A stretch of DNA of 64,000 bases from an uncultured bacterium (GTDB lineage Bacteria > Planctomycetota > UBA1135 > GCA-002686595): positions 1,120,001 through 1,184,000 of the forward strand of contig CALSNU010000001.1 in NCBI GenBank assembly GCA_943787795.1. Reading direction: 5' to 3'. The position numbers were made by a program, and so were the translations under genes. Positions 8,554-18,760 of the stretch are shown one piece after another (the first letter of the stretch is position 1; each line of letters begins with the position of its first letter). Under the pieces are notes generated by a model. That model did not search any database, was not told the DNA's origin, and worked only from the letters and a program-made list of their open reading frames with translations.

Positions 8554-9927
8554 ATGGGCGGCTCAGGATTCAGCACGGACCGCGCCAAGGAACGCCTGTT
8601 CACGTGTGGTGTTCTCCTCCCGGACCAGCCGCCGGAGAGCGACGGCCCGCTCTCCGAGGTCAAGGCCCTCGTCGAAGCGGCTGAAGCAGAGGTCGTGGGT
8701 GATGGGTTCACCCAGACGCGCAGCCGCCAGCACCCCGCCACGCTCTTCGGCAAGGGCAAGGTGGAGGAGATCGGAGAGGAGGCGAAGCGCCTCGAGGCCG
8801 ACGGCATCGTTGTCGACAACGACCTCACTCCAGCCCAGGGACGCAACCTCGAGAAGGCGTGGTGCACGCGCGTGATCGATCGCTCGGAGCTGATCCTCGA
8901 CATCTTCTCCCGTCGAGCCCAGACCCAGCAGGCGCGTCTGCAGGTGGAGCTGGCCCAGAACATCTACCTCATGCCGCGTCTGCGCCGCATGTGGACGCAC
9001 CTCGAGCGCATGGAGGGGGCCATCGGCACCCGCGGCCCCGGCGAGACGCAGCTGGAGACGGACAAGCGGCTCTTGAACAAGCGCATCACGGACCTGAAGC
9101 GAGAGCTTGGGGTCATCGAGCGCCGCAAGCAGCGCGAGGTGAGCGCCCGGGGCAGCGAGTTCGTGATCGGGCTCGTGGGGTACACGAATGCCGGCAAGTC
9201 GACCCTGCTGAACCGCCTCACGGGCTCCACCGAGTTTGCGGCGGACATGCCCTTCGCGACCCTGGATACCCGCACCCGCCGCTGGATCCTCCCGGACCGG
9301 CGAACGGTCCTGCTCTCCGACACCGTCGGCTTCCTCCAGCGCCTCCCTCACCACCTCGTCGCGTCCTTCCATGCGACGCTCGAGGAGACCCTCCACGCGG
9401 ACCTGATCCTGCACGTGGTGGACGCCTCCAATCCGGACGCGCGTCACCAGATGAACGCGGTGGACGAGGTCCTCGGGGACGTCTCCGGTCACCTCGCCCC
9501 TGACATCATCGTGCTCAACAAGGTGGACCGCGTCGGCGACCGTCTCGGGCTGGCGCTGCTCGACGGCGAGCTGCGCGATCGAGGGATCGAGGTGGTGCAC
9601 GTGAGCGCTCACTCCGGCGAGGGCCTCGAGGGGCTGACCGACCTGGTGCGTCGGCGCCTGGACGATCGTTCGGGCCTCGTGGACGTGACCGCGCCGCCGG
9701 GGGACGGCCGTACCGTGGCGGTGGTCCGGGGGGCGGGGGCGGTCCTCGAGGAGGAGATCTCGGACGACGGGACCATCCGCATGCGGGTCCGCATGAGCCC
9801 GGGGGCTCTCGGGCTCATGAGGCGCAAGGCGGGCCCCGAGGCGACCTTCGCCGCCGCTGACGAGGCCGCAGGCGCGTGGCTCGGGTTGGCACAGGACTCC
9901 GAGAGTGACCAGATCGGTTCAAGCTGA
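8554..9927 (+). CDS. hflX: Ribosome-splitting GTPase HflX
   Basis: RGPGETQLETD, GYTNAGKS, FATLD, DTVGF, NKVD. Confidence 0.97.
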   Translation: MGGSGFSTDRAKERLFTCGVLLPDQPPESDGPLSEVKALVEAAEAEVVGDGFTQTRSRQHPATLFGKGKVEEIGEEAKRLEADGIVVDNDLTPAQGRNLEKAWCTRVIDRSELILDIFSRRAQTQQARLQVELAQNIYLMPRLRRMWTHLERMEGAIGTRGPGETQLETDKRLLNKRITDLKRELGVIERRKQREVSARGSEFVIGLVGYTNAGKSTLLNRLTGSTEFAADMPFATLDTRTRRWILPDRRTVLLSDTVGFLQRLPHHLVASFHATLEETLHADLILHVVDASNPDARHQMNAVDEVLGDVSGHLAPDIIVLNKVDRVGDRLGLALLDGELRDRGIEVVHVSAHSGEGLEGLTDLVRRRLDDRSGLVDVTAPPGDGRTVAVVRGAGAVLEEEISDDGTIRMRVRMSPGALGLMRRKAGPEATFAAADEAAGAWLGLAQDSESDQIGSS

Positions 9928-9976
9928 GACGGAGGGACGTGTCGACCAATGACGGACGCGCCGAGCTTCACGGCGG

Positions 9977-12900
9977 GTGCCTGTCATGCCTTTCCCCGAC
10001 CCAGCCATACCCTCCAGGGGTCACCAGCCTCTGGGTGGTCCTCTGGGTGATCCTCTGGGTCAGCCTCCGGGCCAGCCTCCGTGCCAGCCTCACCCTCTGT
10101 CGGTGGGGGATGCCCAGCCCGGGCCCGGGGCGTCGGCTCGGCAGCCCTCAGGCGAGGAGGCCGAGGGCCCTCCTCTAGAGGACCACTCGGCCAGCAGCGA
10201 GGCCGCGGAGAACCAGCCACCGGAGGCAGAGGCCTCGGGGTCGGGATCCATGGCGACCGGCCTGACCCTGGCGACATTCGCCACGGTGATGGCCTTTGTC
10301 CTGGTCACCGTTTGCACCTTTGTGCTCAGCGAGAAGAGCGCCCTGCGGCGAGCGGATGCCGCGCACTTTGGCGCGCTCGTGGACCAGGCCACGCTCTCCA
10401 TGTCCGAGGACCTGGTCGGGGCCGCGATGGGGGATGAGCTGGTGGCGGACCGTCTCCGCCGATCCCTGCGGCAGGTCGCAGGCATCAGCGGCGTCCGCCG
10501 TGCTTCACTCATGGTGCCCGGGGTGGAGGAGGCGTGGACAGAACTCAGCCCCGAGTTCGAGGGCCGCCAGGGCGCCGAGCCGATCGCGCTGGATGGTCCT
10601 CAACGTCAGCTTGATCCGGACCGCCTGATCGTCAAGCGGACCTTCCGCGCGGCAGGGCAGGACCGGATCCAGGCGACGCTCTTCCTCGAGGCCGGTTATC
10701 CCGGCGTAGATCGCCGGATGCGCGATCTCATCGGGCTAGCGGGGCGCATCGTCGGGCTCTCGGCTCTCTTCCTCGCCTTCCTCCTCCCTGTGCTGACGAG
10801 GGTCTGCTTCCGTCCCCTGACCGAGATCGCCGAGGCCGCGCGGGTCGGGCTGGTCCCGGTTGAACCGACGCTCCCCAGCGAGCTACAGGCCATCGGCCGG
10901 CGTCTCGAGGACGACGCTGCGCTGATGTCGCAGCTCGCGGGAGAGCGTGATGAGGCCATGCGCGCGGCCCGGGCGGAGGTCGAGGAGAGTGAGTTCGCGG
11001 CAGCCCAGCTGCAGTCCCGGCTCACCGACGCGGTGAAGGAGGGGCGCCGTGGGCATCGCGCCAAGGAGGCGTTCGTGGCGAACATGAGCCATGAGGTGCG
11101 GACCCCCCTCCACTCGATTCTGGGGACGACCAGTCTGCTCGCGGAGACCGAGCTGGACGCGGAGCAGCAGGCCCTCGCGGATCGAGCGCTGGGTTCATCC
11201 AGGGCGCTCCTCTCGCTGGTCGACGACATCATGGAGCTGACCAGGTTCGACACCCGATCGATCGAGCTGGAGTCCGCCGCCCTTGATGCCGGGAGCCTCC
11301 TAGAGGAGGTCGCCGAGCTGTCTGCCGACCTGGCGGCGGCGAAGGGGCTGAGCGTGACCACCTACGTGGACCCCGATGTCCCGTATCGCCTCATGGGGGA
11401 TGAGGTTCGGATCCGTCAGGCCCTCATGCGCCTGGTCGATAACGCGATCAAGTTCACGGACTCTGGCGAGGTCACGCTCCAGGTGGCGACATCAACGGGC
11501 GAGGGTGGCTTCCCTGTCACCGTATTCAAGGTCTCGGATACGGGACTTGGGATCGATGACCGGGAGCGTGCGCGTCTCTTCCAGGCGTTCGAGCAGCTGG
11601 ACAAGTCGGACACCCGCAAGCACGGCGGCGTCGGCCTCGGGCTGGCCCTGGTGGCGCGGATCGCCCGCGCTGCGGGTGGTGAGATCAGGCTCGAGAGCCG
11701 CCAAGGGCATGGCTCGACCTTCACGCTGGCGCTGCCGCTGGAGCTGGGACCCCAGGCTGGGGACGGGGCGAGTCGCCGGCTCGAACCACGTCATCAGGGG
11801 GTCCGCGTGATGCTCGTGGACTCGAACCAGGAGGGCGCCGCGCTGCTTGCGCGAATGCTCGAGGAGAGCGGCGCCGAGGTTCAGATCGAGCACAGCGCAT
11901 ACAGCGCGTTCGAGTCGCTCCTTCAAGAGGGGCGTGACGTGGTGCTGGTCGACCCGCGTGTCACGGGGAGCGAGGCGCTGTTCGAAGCCGTGGAGCAGGG
12001 CGACGCGCGGGTCGAGATCAAGGTCGGCCTGATCACGCCTCCCAACGCGATCAGGAGCCAACTTCAACCAGCGTTCCGCGGCGCGCGCGCCTCGGCGCGG
12101 CGCCCGCTTTCACGGGGCGGGCTGCTCGAGCTGGTGGACAAGGCGCTGGGCCGGGAAGCTCAGGCGGAGAGCCCCAAGGCGACTGCCAAGCCCGAGAGCC
12201 TCATCAACACCGACATTCGCGGCCGCCTCCGGATCCTCCTCGTGGAGGACAACCAGGCGAACCAGCAGCTGGTGCAGTACCTGCTCGGCCGACGTGGCTA
12301 CAACGTTGACGTCGCGTCCAACGGGATGATCGCGGTGGAGGCCGCGACTCGAGTTCGCTACGACGCCATCTTGATGGACTGCCAGATGCCGGAGATGGAC
12401 GGGTATGAGGCCACCCGACGGATCCGTACGATCGAGAGAATGGACCGCCGCCGGACCCCGATCCTGGCCATGACGGCGAGCATCCTCGAGGGGGATCGCG
12501 ACAAGTGCCTTGAGGTTGGCATGGACGACACGATCGGCAAGCCCTTCCAGCCGAAGGAGATGATGGCCTGGCTTGAGCACTGGCTGCTCGCCGCATCGCG
12601 GGCGCGCCAGTCCGACGACCACGACGAGGACTTCGGTGTCCCCGTGGAGTCGAGGCCCAAGCCTCTCTCGGTGATGGAGGTCTTCGGCGCCACCGATGAG
12701 TCCGTGCTCGATGACGAGGGGGCCGAGGCTAGCGAGGATCAGGATCCGGCCCAGGATCCGGCCCAGGAGCCAGCCCAGGAGCCTGTCGGAGCGCTCCCCG
12801 GAGAGGGCGGCCCGGATGCGTCAGCGGGCAGCGGCCACTCATCGGTCACGTCCGGGGCTGCCGATGCCGCGTCTGGAAGCCTCGCCCCGGAGCGCAAGAC

Positions 12901-13282
12901 GCCCAACTTTACGGCGGTGACCGACATCCTTGATGTGAGCATCCTGGAGCCGCTCTTCGAGGACGAAGACGGTCGGGACCTGGCGCTCGAGCTCGTGGGG
13001 TCATTCCTCGACATGGCGCCAGCGCTGGTGAAGGACATGGAGGACGCCCTGGAAGAGGACGACCTCGAGGCTTGCGCGAGCGTGGCTCATCGCTTCGTGT
13101 CCACCAGCGGCACGGTCGGAGCGGTTCATCTTGCTCGCCTCCTGAAGCAGATCGAGGAGCAGGCCAAGGCCGGCAGCGCGGGCGATGCCGCCACGCTGCT
13201 CGTCACGTGTCATCAGCAGGTCGATCTCGCTGGGGAGGCGCTCCGTACGGCGCTCGCCGGCGAAGCGTCGTCCTCTCCGTGA
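9977..13282 (+). CDS. Membrane hybrid sensor kinase (HisKA-HATPase-REC-REC-Hpt); true start may be 10250
   Basis: Two TM helices, SHEVRTP H-box, NAIKFT, GVGLGL, ILMDCQMPEMDG, C-terminal Hpt. Confidence 0.93.
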   Translation: MPVMPFPDPAIPSRGHQPLGGPLGDPLGQPPGQPPCQPHPLSVGDAQPGPGASARQPSGEEAEGPPLEDHSASSEAAENQPPEAEASGSGSMATGLTLATFATVMAFVLVTVCTFVLSEKSALRRADAAHFGALVDQATLSMSEDLVGAAMGDELVADRLRRSLRQVAGISGVRRASLMVPGVEEAWTELSPEFEGRQGAEPIALDGPQRQLDPDRLIVKRTFRAAGQDRIQATLFLEAGYPGVDRRMRDLIGLAGRIVGLSALFLAFLLPVLTRVCFRPLTEIAEAARVGLVPVEPTLPSELQAIGRRLEDDAALMSQLAGERDEAMRAARAEVEESEFAAAQLQSRLTDAVKEGRRGHRAKEAFVANMSHEVRTPLHSILGTTSLLAETELDAEQQALADRALGSSRALLSLVDDIMELTRFDTRSIELESAALDAGSLLEEVAELSADLAAAKGLSVTTYVDPDVPYRLMGDEVRIRQALMRLVDNAIKFTDSGEVTLQVATSTGEGGFPVTVFKVSDTGLGIDDRERARLFQAFEQLDKSDTRKHGGVGLGLALVARIARAAGGEIRLESRQGHGSTFTLALPLELGPQAGDGASRRLEPRHQGVRVMLVDSNQEGAALLARMLEESGAEVQIEHSAYSAFESLLQEGRDVVLVDPRVTGSEALFEAVEQGDARVEIKVGLITPPNAIRSQLQPAFRGARASARRPLSRGGLLELVDKALGREAQAESPKATAKPESLINTDIRGRLRILLVEDNQANQQLVQYLLGRRGYNVDVASNGMIAVEAATRVRYDAILMDCQMPEMDGYEATRRIRTIERMDRRRTPILAMTASILEGDRDKCLEVGMDDTIGKPFQPKEMMAWLEHWLLAASRARQSDDHDEDFGVPVESRPKPLSVMEVFGATDESVLDDEGAEASEDQDPAQDPAQEPAQEPVGALPGEGGPDASAGSGHSSVTSGAADAASGSLAPERKTPNFTAVTDILDVSILEPLFEDEDGRDLALELVGSFLDMAPALVKDMEDALEEDDLEACASVAHRFVSTSGTVGAVHLARLLKQIEEQAKAGSAGDAATLLVTCHQQVDLAGEALRTALAGEASSSP

Positions 13283-13368
13283 GACTCCGGCGGAGACCCA
13301 CCCGACGTGACCGCCAGGCCGCGGCGCGGCCATTGACTTCAGTCAGTGGCTCCAGCCAGTGACTCCCG

Positions 13369-13857
13369 TCAGCGCCTCTGGAAAAGGACCGCGGGGTCGG
13401 GGAGCAGCAAGACGTCACCGCTCTTGATGGCGTCGACGCTCTTCAGGTCGTTGTAGTCCGCCACCGCCTTGACGACCGACGAGAGGGGTCGGACCTCGTA
13501 GTGCGTCTGGCAGATCAGGCCCAAAGCGTCGTTGGGCTGGACGATGTAGCGCGCGTCCGAGGGGACCGGCCGGGGCTCGGGCGCCGGCGGGGCATCGATG
13601 ATGGGAGGAGGTGCCGGGACCAATGTTTCGGGGCGTCGGAGCGGCTCAGCGCCGCTGGGGCGGCCCAGGACCAGGAGGTCCCAGGCCTCGCCCTCAACCG
13701 TCGCGTCTGTCCCGGAGCCTGATCCCTCCACGGCGCCCCAGGCGTCCTCTCGGTCGGTGCCCGCAGGCGGGCGCAGGGGCCCGCTATTTCGACTCTGCCA
13801 CTCGCCGGCGAGGATCAGCAGCGCGCCGAGGATCAGGAGGGGGATGAGGGTTCGCAT
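13369..13857 (-). CDS. LysM domain protein with N-terminal signal or anchor
   Basis: YIVQPNDALGLI...IKSGDVLLLP. Confidence 0.85.
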   Translation of the reverse strand: MRTLIPLLILGALLILAGEWQSRNSGPLRPPAGTDREDAWGAVEGSGSGTDATVEGEAWDLLVLGRPSGAEPLRRPETLVPAPPPIIDAPPAPEPRPVPSDARYIVQPNDALGLICQTHYEVRPLSSVVKAVADYNDLKSVDAIKSGDVLLLPDPAVLFQRR

Positions 13858-13973
13858 GGGGAGACCGCCCCATTGTGGCGGACGAGTTCATTGTGGCGGT
13901 CGGGTGGGGATCGAATCCAGCCCCCACCCTCGCATGCGGCGTCCCTCCAGCTTGCCCCGGCCCTCAAATGGCT

Positions 13974-14010
13974 GCGGGGCGCCCCCTCCATCAAGGAAGG
14001 GGCGCCCCGC
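13974..14010 (-). terminator. GC-rich hairpin downstream of secDF
   Basis: GCGGGGCGCCCC...GGGGCGCCCCGC inverted repeat. Confidence 0.55.
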
Positions 14011-14034
14011 TTGGCTCCTCGAGCAGGGCCGCGA

Positions 14035-16971
14035 TCAGCTGGCCTCTGCGGCCTCGGCATCGGCCTCGCGGGCCATCCGGCGCTCCTCAAAGAGCAGCAG
14101 CGCGGGGCTCGCGACGAACATCGACGAGTAGGTTCCGACCACGACGCCGATGATGACCGCGAACGCGAAGCCCTCGAGGTCGTTCCTGCTACCGACGTTG
14201 AGCGCGAAGAGGATCGCCACGGAGAGGAGGGTCGTGACCGACGTGAGCAGCGTGCGGGCCAGGGTCTGGTTGATCGACTTGTCGATGATCTCGGAGAGGG
14301 CCCCTTTCATGCGCGGCCGGTTCTCGCGGATCCGGTCGAACACGACGATCGTGTCGTTCAGGGAGTAGCCGATGATCGTGAGGAAGGCCGCGATCATGAC
14401 CAGGGAGATCTGCGCGTTGATCAGGTTCGACTGGATCGCGAGCGCGAGGAAGCCGAGGGTGATCAAGACGTCGTGCACCAGCGCCACGACCGCCGCGAAG
14501 CCGAAGCTGTACTCGGCGAAGCGGAAGCGGATGTACATGACGATCACGAAGAGCGAGAGGATGATCGCGAGGATCGCGTCATCGCGCAGCTCTTGCACGA
14601 CCTGGGGGCCGACCGCCTCAGACTGGGGGATAGGCTGCGCGAGCTCGAAGGGCCGGCCGCCGGCATCCTTCCGGTTGGCGAAGGCGTCCACGATTCGCTG
14701 ACCGATCTTGGAGTCCGTGTCGGTCGATGAGCAGGTGAACGCGAAGGTCCGGTCGGCGTTGGAGTCTCCGCTCGTCGCGGTGACGGTGACCTCACCGAGC
14801 GCGGCGCCCGTGAGGGCCGCCTCGACGTCGGCGGCGCTGTGCTGCCCTTCGAAGTAGACGGTGCCCGATACCGAGCCTTCGCCACGGGGGTCGAATGTGA
14901 AGCGGTTCGGTGAGAGGATGTCGGCGAGCCCGGTCGCGACGAGCTCGCGGTACTGACTCGTGACGTCACGATCGGTCTCCGTTCCCTCCGCCTTGAATTC
15001 GAGCTGGAACTTTCGATAGCCCTCGCCCTCCTTGGAGTTGAGGAGGGGCTGCACCTTGGCGTCCTGGAAGATGTCGCCGAGGCCGGTAATCGCAGCGAGC
15101 ACGGCCTCTTGGGACTCGGGCGCTCGGGTGACGATTTGCATCGAGTTTCCGCCGAGGAAGTCGATGCTGTACTTGTCCACCTTCGGGAGGCTGGAGAAGA
15201 ACGCGACGCCGCCGCAGATGAAGAGCAGCGACACAACCGCCGTCTTCTTAGCGAGCTTCATGAAGCCGATGCTCGTGTCGTTCACGAGGCGCAGCATCTT
15301 CCACTCATCGACACCCTTCTCGACCGCGAAGTGGACGAGGACGCGGGTGAAGACGAGCGCCGAGAACATCGAGGTGACGATTCCGACGGACAGCGTCGTC
15401 GCGAAGCCCTGCACGGGGCCAGAGCCGAACTGGTACAGGATGATCGCGGTGAGGAGCGTGGTGACGTTGGCGTCGACGATGGTCGAGGTCGCGTTCTTGA
15501 AGCCGTCCACAGCGGCCTGCGCCGCGCGGCGGCCTCGCAGGAGCTCCTCGCGGATACGCTCGTAGATGAGGATGTTCGCGTCGACCGCCATGCCGACGGT
15601 GAGGATGATCCCCGCCACGCCGGGCAGCGTGAGCGTTGCCTGGAGCATGGCCATGCTGCCCATGAGCAGGACGAGGTTGAAGACCAGGGAGAACGAGGCG
15701 AACACCCCGAGGCGCCGGTAGTAGGCCGAGATGAAGGCGAGCACGGCAGCGAGGCCGATGAGCACGCTCAGGAGCCCACTCCGGACGTACTCGGCGCCGA
15801 GGGAGGCGCCGACCGTGGCGCGGTCCTCGAAGCGAGGCTCCAGGTCGAGAGAGCCGGAGTTGATGACCTGGACGAGGTCGGTCACCTGCGCCTGGGTGAA
15901 CCCGAAAGTGCCCCCAGTGATGATGCCGCCGCTGGAGAGAGGGGAGTTGAGCTGCGGATCAGTCACGATCTCGTTGTCGATGACGATTGCCATCTGTTCG
16001 CCCTCGTGCTCCGTGGTGAAGGCCTCGAAGTCATTCTGGCGCAGGAGCGCGATGTCGAAACCGACGGCGGGGGCGCCGTACTCGTCGTACGAGGGGAACA
16101 CCCTCGGGAAGTCACCGCCCGAGAAGAGCCAGTCTTCATTCTCCTCGACCACAAGCGCGACCAGGCGCTCGGCCAGAGTTCGGTCAGCGCCTTGATCCTG
16201 CTCGGGGAAGAAGCGGAGACGCGACAGGGGCTGCCCCGCGTTCTCCGCAGCCAGCATTCCGTTGTACTCGCTGATCTTCGCGACAGGGTTCGCCGTGGCC
16301 CACTCGCGGGCCTTGTCGGTCTCGACGGCCAGGTCGTAGGTCCCCGCCGCGTCGAGCGTGCTGGCGTGCATCATCACCTCGAGCCGGCCGGTGTTCTCGA
16401 TGAGCGCGCGCCAGGGGTCGCTCGCCTCCAGCGAGACGGCGGCGCCCGCGGGGAATGACCTCGCGGTGCTCCCGTCGGCGAAGGTCACCTCCTTGAGGCT
16501 CGACGCACCACGCCGCTGGTAGGCCAGCAGCTCGCCGTCGATCTTGATGCGACCCCCCGTGGGGAACTCTCCCTCCGTCATCGCGGCATCCAGCTGGAGC
16601 GCGGTGTCGTTCAGGTGGTCAAAGGGGGCGCTGAGGACCGAGTCCGCGTTCTGGGCGACCAGCGAGAGGTTGCCCGGGAGCTCAACGATGATGCGTTGCG
16701 CGCCGGACTTGCGCAGCTTCACGTCTCGCACTCCGTCGGGGTCGAGGCGCTCCCGCCAGATCGAGATCACCTCGCCGATCGCCTGGGCGTCGGTCTGGCT
16801 GGCGGGGATCTGCTTCGCCGCGCGCGCCGCGGCCAGGTCCACCGTGTAGGTGAGGCGAGTGCCACCCTGCAGGTCGAGTCCCAGGCGGAACGGGAGCAGC
16901 ATGAGGGCGATCACGGCGACCGCGAGGAAGCCGAAGATCAGGGTGAGCTTGCGGTTGAGGTTGTCGACCAT
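14035..16971 (-). CDS. secDF: Fused protein translocase SecDF
   Basis: LGLDLQGG, GMAVDANILIYERIREE, IDFLGG, GYSLNDTIVVFDRIREN. Confidence 0.97.
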   Translation of the reverse strand: MVDNLNRKLTLIFGFLAVAVIALMLLPFRLGLDLQGGTRLTYTVDLAAARAAKQIPASQTDAQAIGEVISIWRERLDPDGVRDVKLRKSGAQRIIVELPGNLSLVAQNADSVLSAPFDHLNDTALQLDAAMTEGEFPTGGRIKIDGELLAYQRRGASSLKEVTFADGSTARSFPAGAAVSLEASDPWRALIENTGRLEVMMHASTLDAAGTYDLAVETDKAREWATANPVAKISEYNGMLAAENAGQPLSRLRFFPEQDQGADRTLAERLVALVVEENEDWLFSGGDFPRVFPSYDEYGAPAVGFDIALLRQNDFEAFTTEHEGEQMAIVIDNEIVTDPQLNSPLSSGGIITGGTFGFTQAQVTDLVQVINSGSLDLEPRFEDRATVGASLGAEYVRSGLLSVLIGLAAVLAFISAYYRRLGVFASFSLVFNLVLLMGSMAMLQATLTLPGVAGIILTVGMAVDANILIYERIREELLRGRRAAQAAVDGFKNATSTIVDANVTTLLTAIILYQFGSGPVQGFATTLSVGIVTSMFSALVFTRVLVHFAVEKGVDEWKMLRLVNDTSIGFMKLAKKTAVVSLLFICGGVAFFSSLPKVDKYSIDFLGGNSMQIVTRAPESQEAVLAAITGLGDIFQDAKVQPLLNSKEGEGYRKFQLEFKAEGTETDRDVTSQYRELVATGLADILSPNRFTFDPRGEGSVSGTVYFEGQHSAADVEAALTGAALGEVTVTATSGDSNADRTFAFTCSSTDTDSKIGQRIVDAFANRKDAGGRPFELAQPIPQSEAVGPQVVQELRDDAILAIILSLFVIVMYIRFRFAEYSFGFAAVVALVHDVLITLGFLALAIQSNLINAQISLVMIAAFLTIIGYSLNDTIVVFDRIRENRPRMKGALSEIIDKSINQTLARTLLTSVTTLLSVAILFALNVGSRNDLEGFAFAVIIGVVVGTYSSMFVASPALLLFEERRMAREADAEAAEAS

Positions 16972-17075
16972 TGGATCGGCTGGGGCGTTGCTCTCTCGAG
17001 CGGGGCGGCGGCGCGATGGCTGCGCTGCCTGGGTGTCCCGCGCGGGGGACAGGGGAGGGGAGAGGCCTTGGGCCT

Positions 17076-17195
17076 CGGTCGTCGCGTCTGGGAGTCAGTC
17101 GTCGCGTCTGGACGTCCGTCGGCGCGTCTGAAGGTCAGTCGTCGCGTCCTGCAGCCAGTCGTCGCATCAGGCAGCCAGTCGTCGCATCAGGAAGG
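17076..17195. repeat. 20-bp tandem repeat CAGTCGTCGCRTC..., 6 copies
   Basis: Read directly from the sequence. Confidence 0.85.
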
Positions 17196-17199
17196 CCAG

Positions 17200-17240
17200 A
17201 GCGGCGCCGCCTTCCCGCTGAAGGGGGGGGCGGCGCCGCT
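17200..17240 (-). terminator. Hairpin downstream of rplS
   Basis: AGCGGCGCCGCC...GGCGGCGCCGCT inverted repeat. Confidence 0.6.
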
Positions 17241-17253
17241 CCGGGCGTCGGCG

Positions 17254-17694
17254 TCACTCGCCGTCTTCGCTCGAGGAGTCCTTGGCCGTGGAGGCCTGGG
17301 CGGTCCGGCGGACCTTCTCGGCCTCGCGCTCTGCCCGGACCTTCTCGCCGAGACGCTCCTTCGTACGGGTGGACTTGCCGACCCGGTCACGCATGTAGAA
17401 CAGCTTCGAGCGGCGCACGCGGCCGCGCTTGGTCACGCGGATGTCGTGGACTCGCGGGCTGTGGAGCGGGAACGTCCGCTCGACGCCCTCGCCCTGCACA
17501 ATGCGGCGGACCACCATGGTCTTCCGGATGCCGCGGCCCTGGACGGCGAGGACCAGACCCTTGAAGGTCTGGATTCGCTCCTTGTCTCCCTCGCGGATGA
17601 GGTAGTCGACCTCGACGTCGTCTCCGACGTTGATTCTCGGGAGGGCGCCGGCGGGCTTGCCGAGCTCTGACTCGATTTGATGGATGATGTTCAT
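17254..17694 (-). CDS. rplS: 50S ribosomal protein L19
   Basis: EGDKERIQTFKG, GVERTFPLHSP, VRRSKLFYMR. Confidence 0.97.
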   Translation of the reverse strand: MNIIHQIESELGKPAGALPRINVGDDVEVDYLIREGDKERIQTFKGLVLAVQGRGIRKTMVVRRIVQGEGVERTFPLHSPRVHDIRVTKRGRVRRSKLFYMRDRVGKSTRTKERLGEKVRAEREAEKVRRTAQASTAKDSSSEDGE

Positions 17695-17860
17695 GGCTCT
17701 CGATGCGCGCCGCGACGTTGCGTCCGGCGCCGGCTCCATGGTGTCGGGCCGGGCTCACACGAGCGAGGCCACGGTCCCAGAGGGAGCGCTTGGGGTTTCA
17801 GGTTGTCGGACCAGCGCGCGGGCTGCGCGCTGTGGGCTTTGGGGGGGGCGGCCCTGAAGG

Positions 17861-18580
17861 TCAGGGCCGGTCGCGGTCGTCGGAGAGGTCCGGGCGACGC
17901 GAGGCGGTTCGGTCTTCACGCTGAGCTCGGCGCCAGGCCGAGATCTTCGAGTGGTCCCCGTCGAGCAGGACCCCCGGGACTTCCAGGTCCCGGTACACGC
18001 GCGGCCGCGTGTAGTGGGGGTGATCGAGTCCGCCGTCGGCAGCGTCCGTGAAGGAGTCTTCGAGGGCGGAGCGGCCGTCTCCGAGGACCCCGGGGATCAG
18101 GCGCGACACCGACTCGAGCAGGACGAGCGCGGGGAGCTCACCGCCAGCGAGCACGTAGTCGCCGATGGAGAGCCGCTCGAACTTGTGCAGCTCGAGGATG
18201 CGTTCATCGAATCCTTCGTAGCGTCCGCAAAGCAGGAGCACGGGTCGTGGTTCGGCGCCGCCCTCGGGCGGCACGACGAACTCCTCGACCATGCCCTGGG
18301 AGAGGGGCGCTCCGTCGGGGGTCAGCGCGATTCGGCGGTGGGGGCCAAAGCGCTGCTCGATCCACTCGATGGCCTCCGTGATAGGCTCGGGCTTGAGGAC
18401 CATGCCGGGCCCGCCGCCGAAGGGGCGGTCGTCCACCGTGCGGTGCCGGTCGCGAGCGAAGTCACGGAAGTTCACCGTGCGCGTGGTCAGAAGACCGCGG
18501 GCACGGGCGATCCCGAGAATGCCAACGTCCTGGTAGGACTCGATGGCCTCGGGGAAGAGCGTGAGGATGGAAAAGAGCAC
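17861..18580 (-). CDS. trmD: tRNA (guanine37-N1)-methyltransferase
   Basis: VDDRPFGGGPGM, CGRYEGFDER, IGDYVLAGGE, PHYTRP. Confidence 0.97.
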   Translation of the reverse strand: MLFSILTLFPEAIESYQDVGILGIARARGLLTTRTVNFRDFARDRHRTVDDRPFGGGPGMVLKPEPITEAIEWIEQRFGPHRRIALTPDGAPLSQGMVEEFVVPPEGGAEPRPVLLLCGRYEGFDERILELHKFERLSIGDYVLAGGELPALVLLESVSRLIPGVLGDGRSALEDSFTDAADGGLDHPHYTRPRVYRDLEVPGVLLDGDHSKISAWRRAQREDRTASRRPDLSDDRDRP

Positions 18581-18760
18581 CGGAAGGCTCGGATAAAGGC
18601 CCAGCAGGGTAGTGCCGGGGCTCGCAGAGGTCAATATTCCTCCCTATACATGGGGCGGGTTGAGAGCCTCGTCCGGCCGGCCCAACCGGGGCGGTTGGGC
18701 CGGCCCTGCCTCCAGCCCGCCGCCCACGTCCCGTTTCTCCGCCTCCTCCCCACCAGCGCC

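Noticed and set aside
17951..18760. Long N-terminal extension of riboflavin synthase in the ORF track
   Set aside because: The extension is antisense to trmD; the conserved MFTG start is at 18761.
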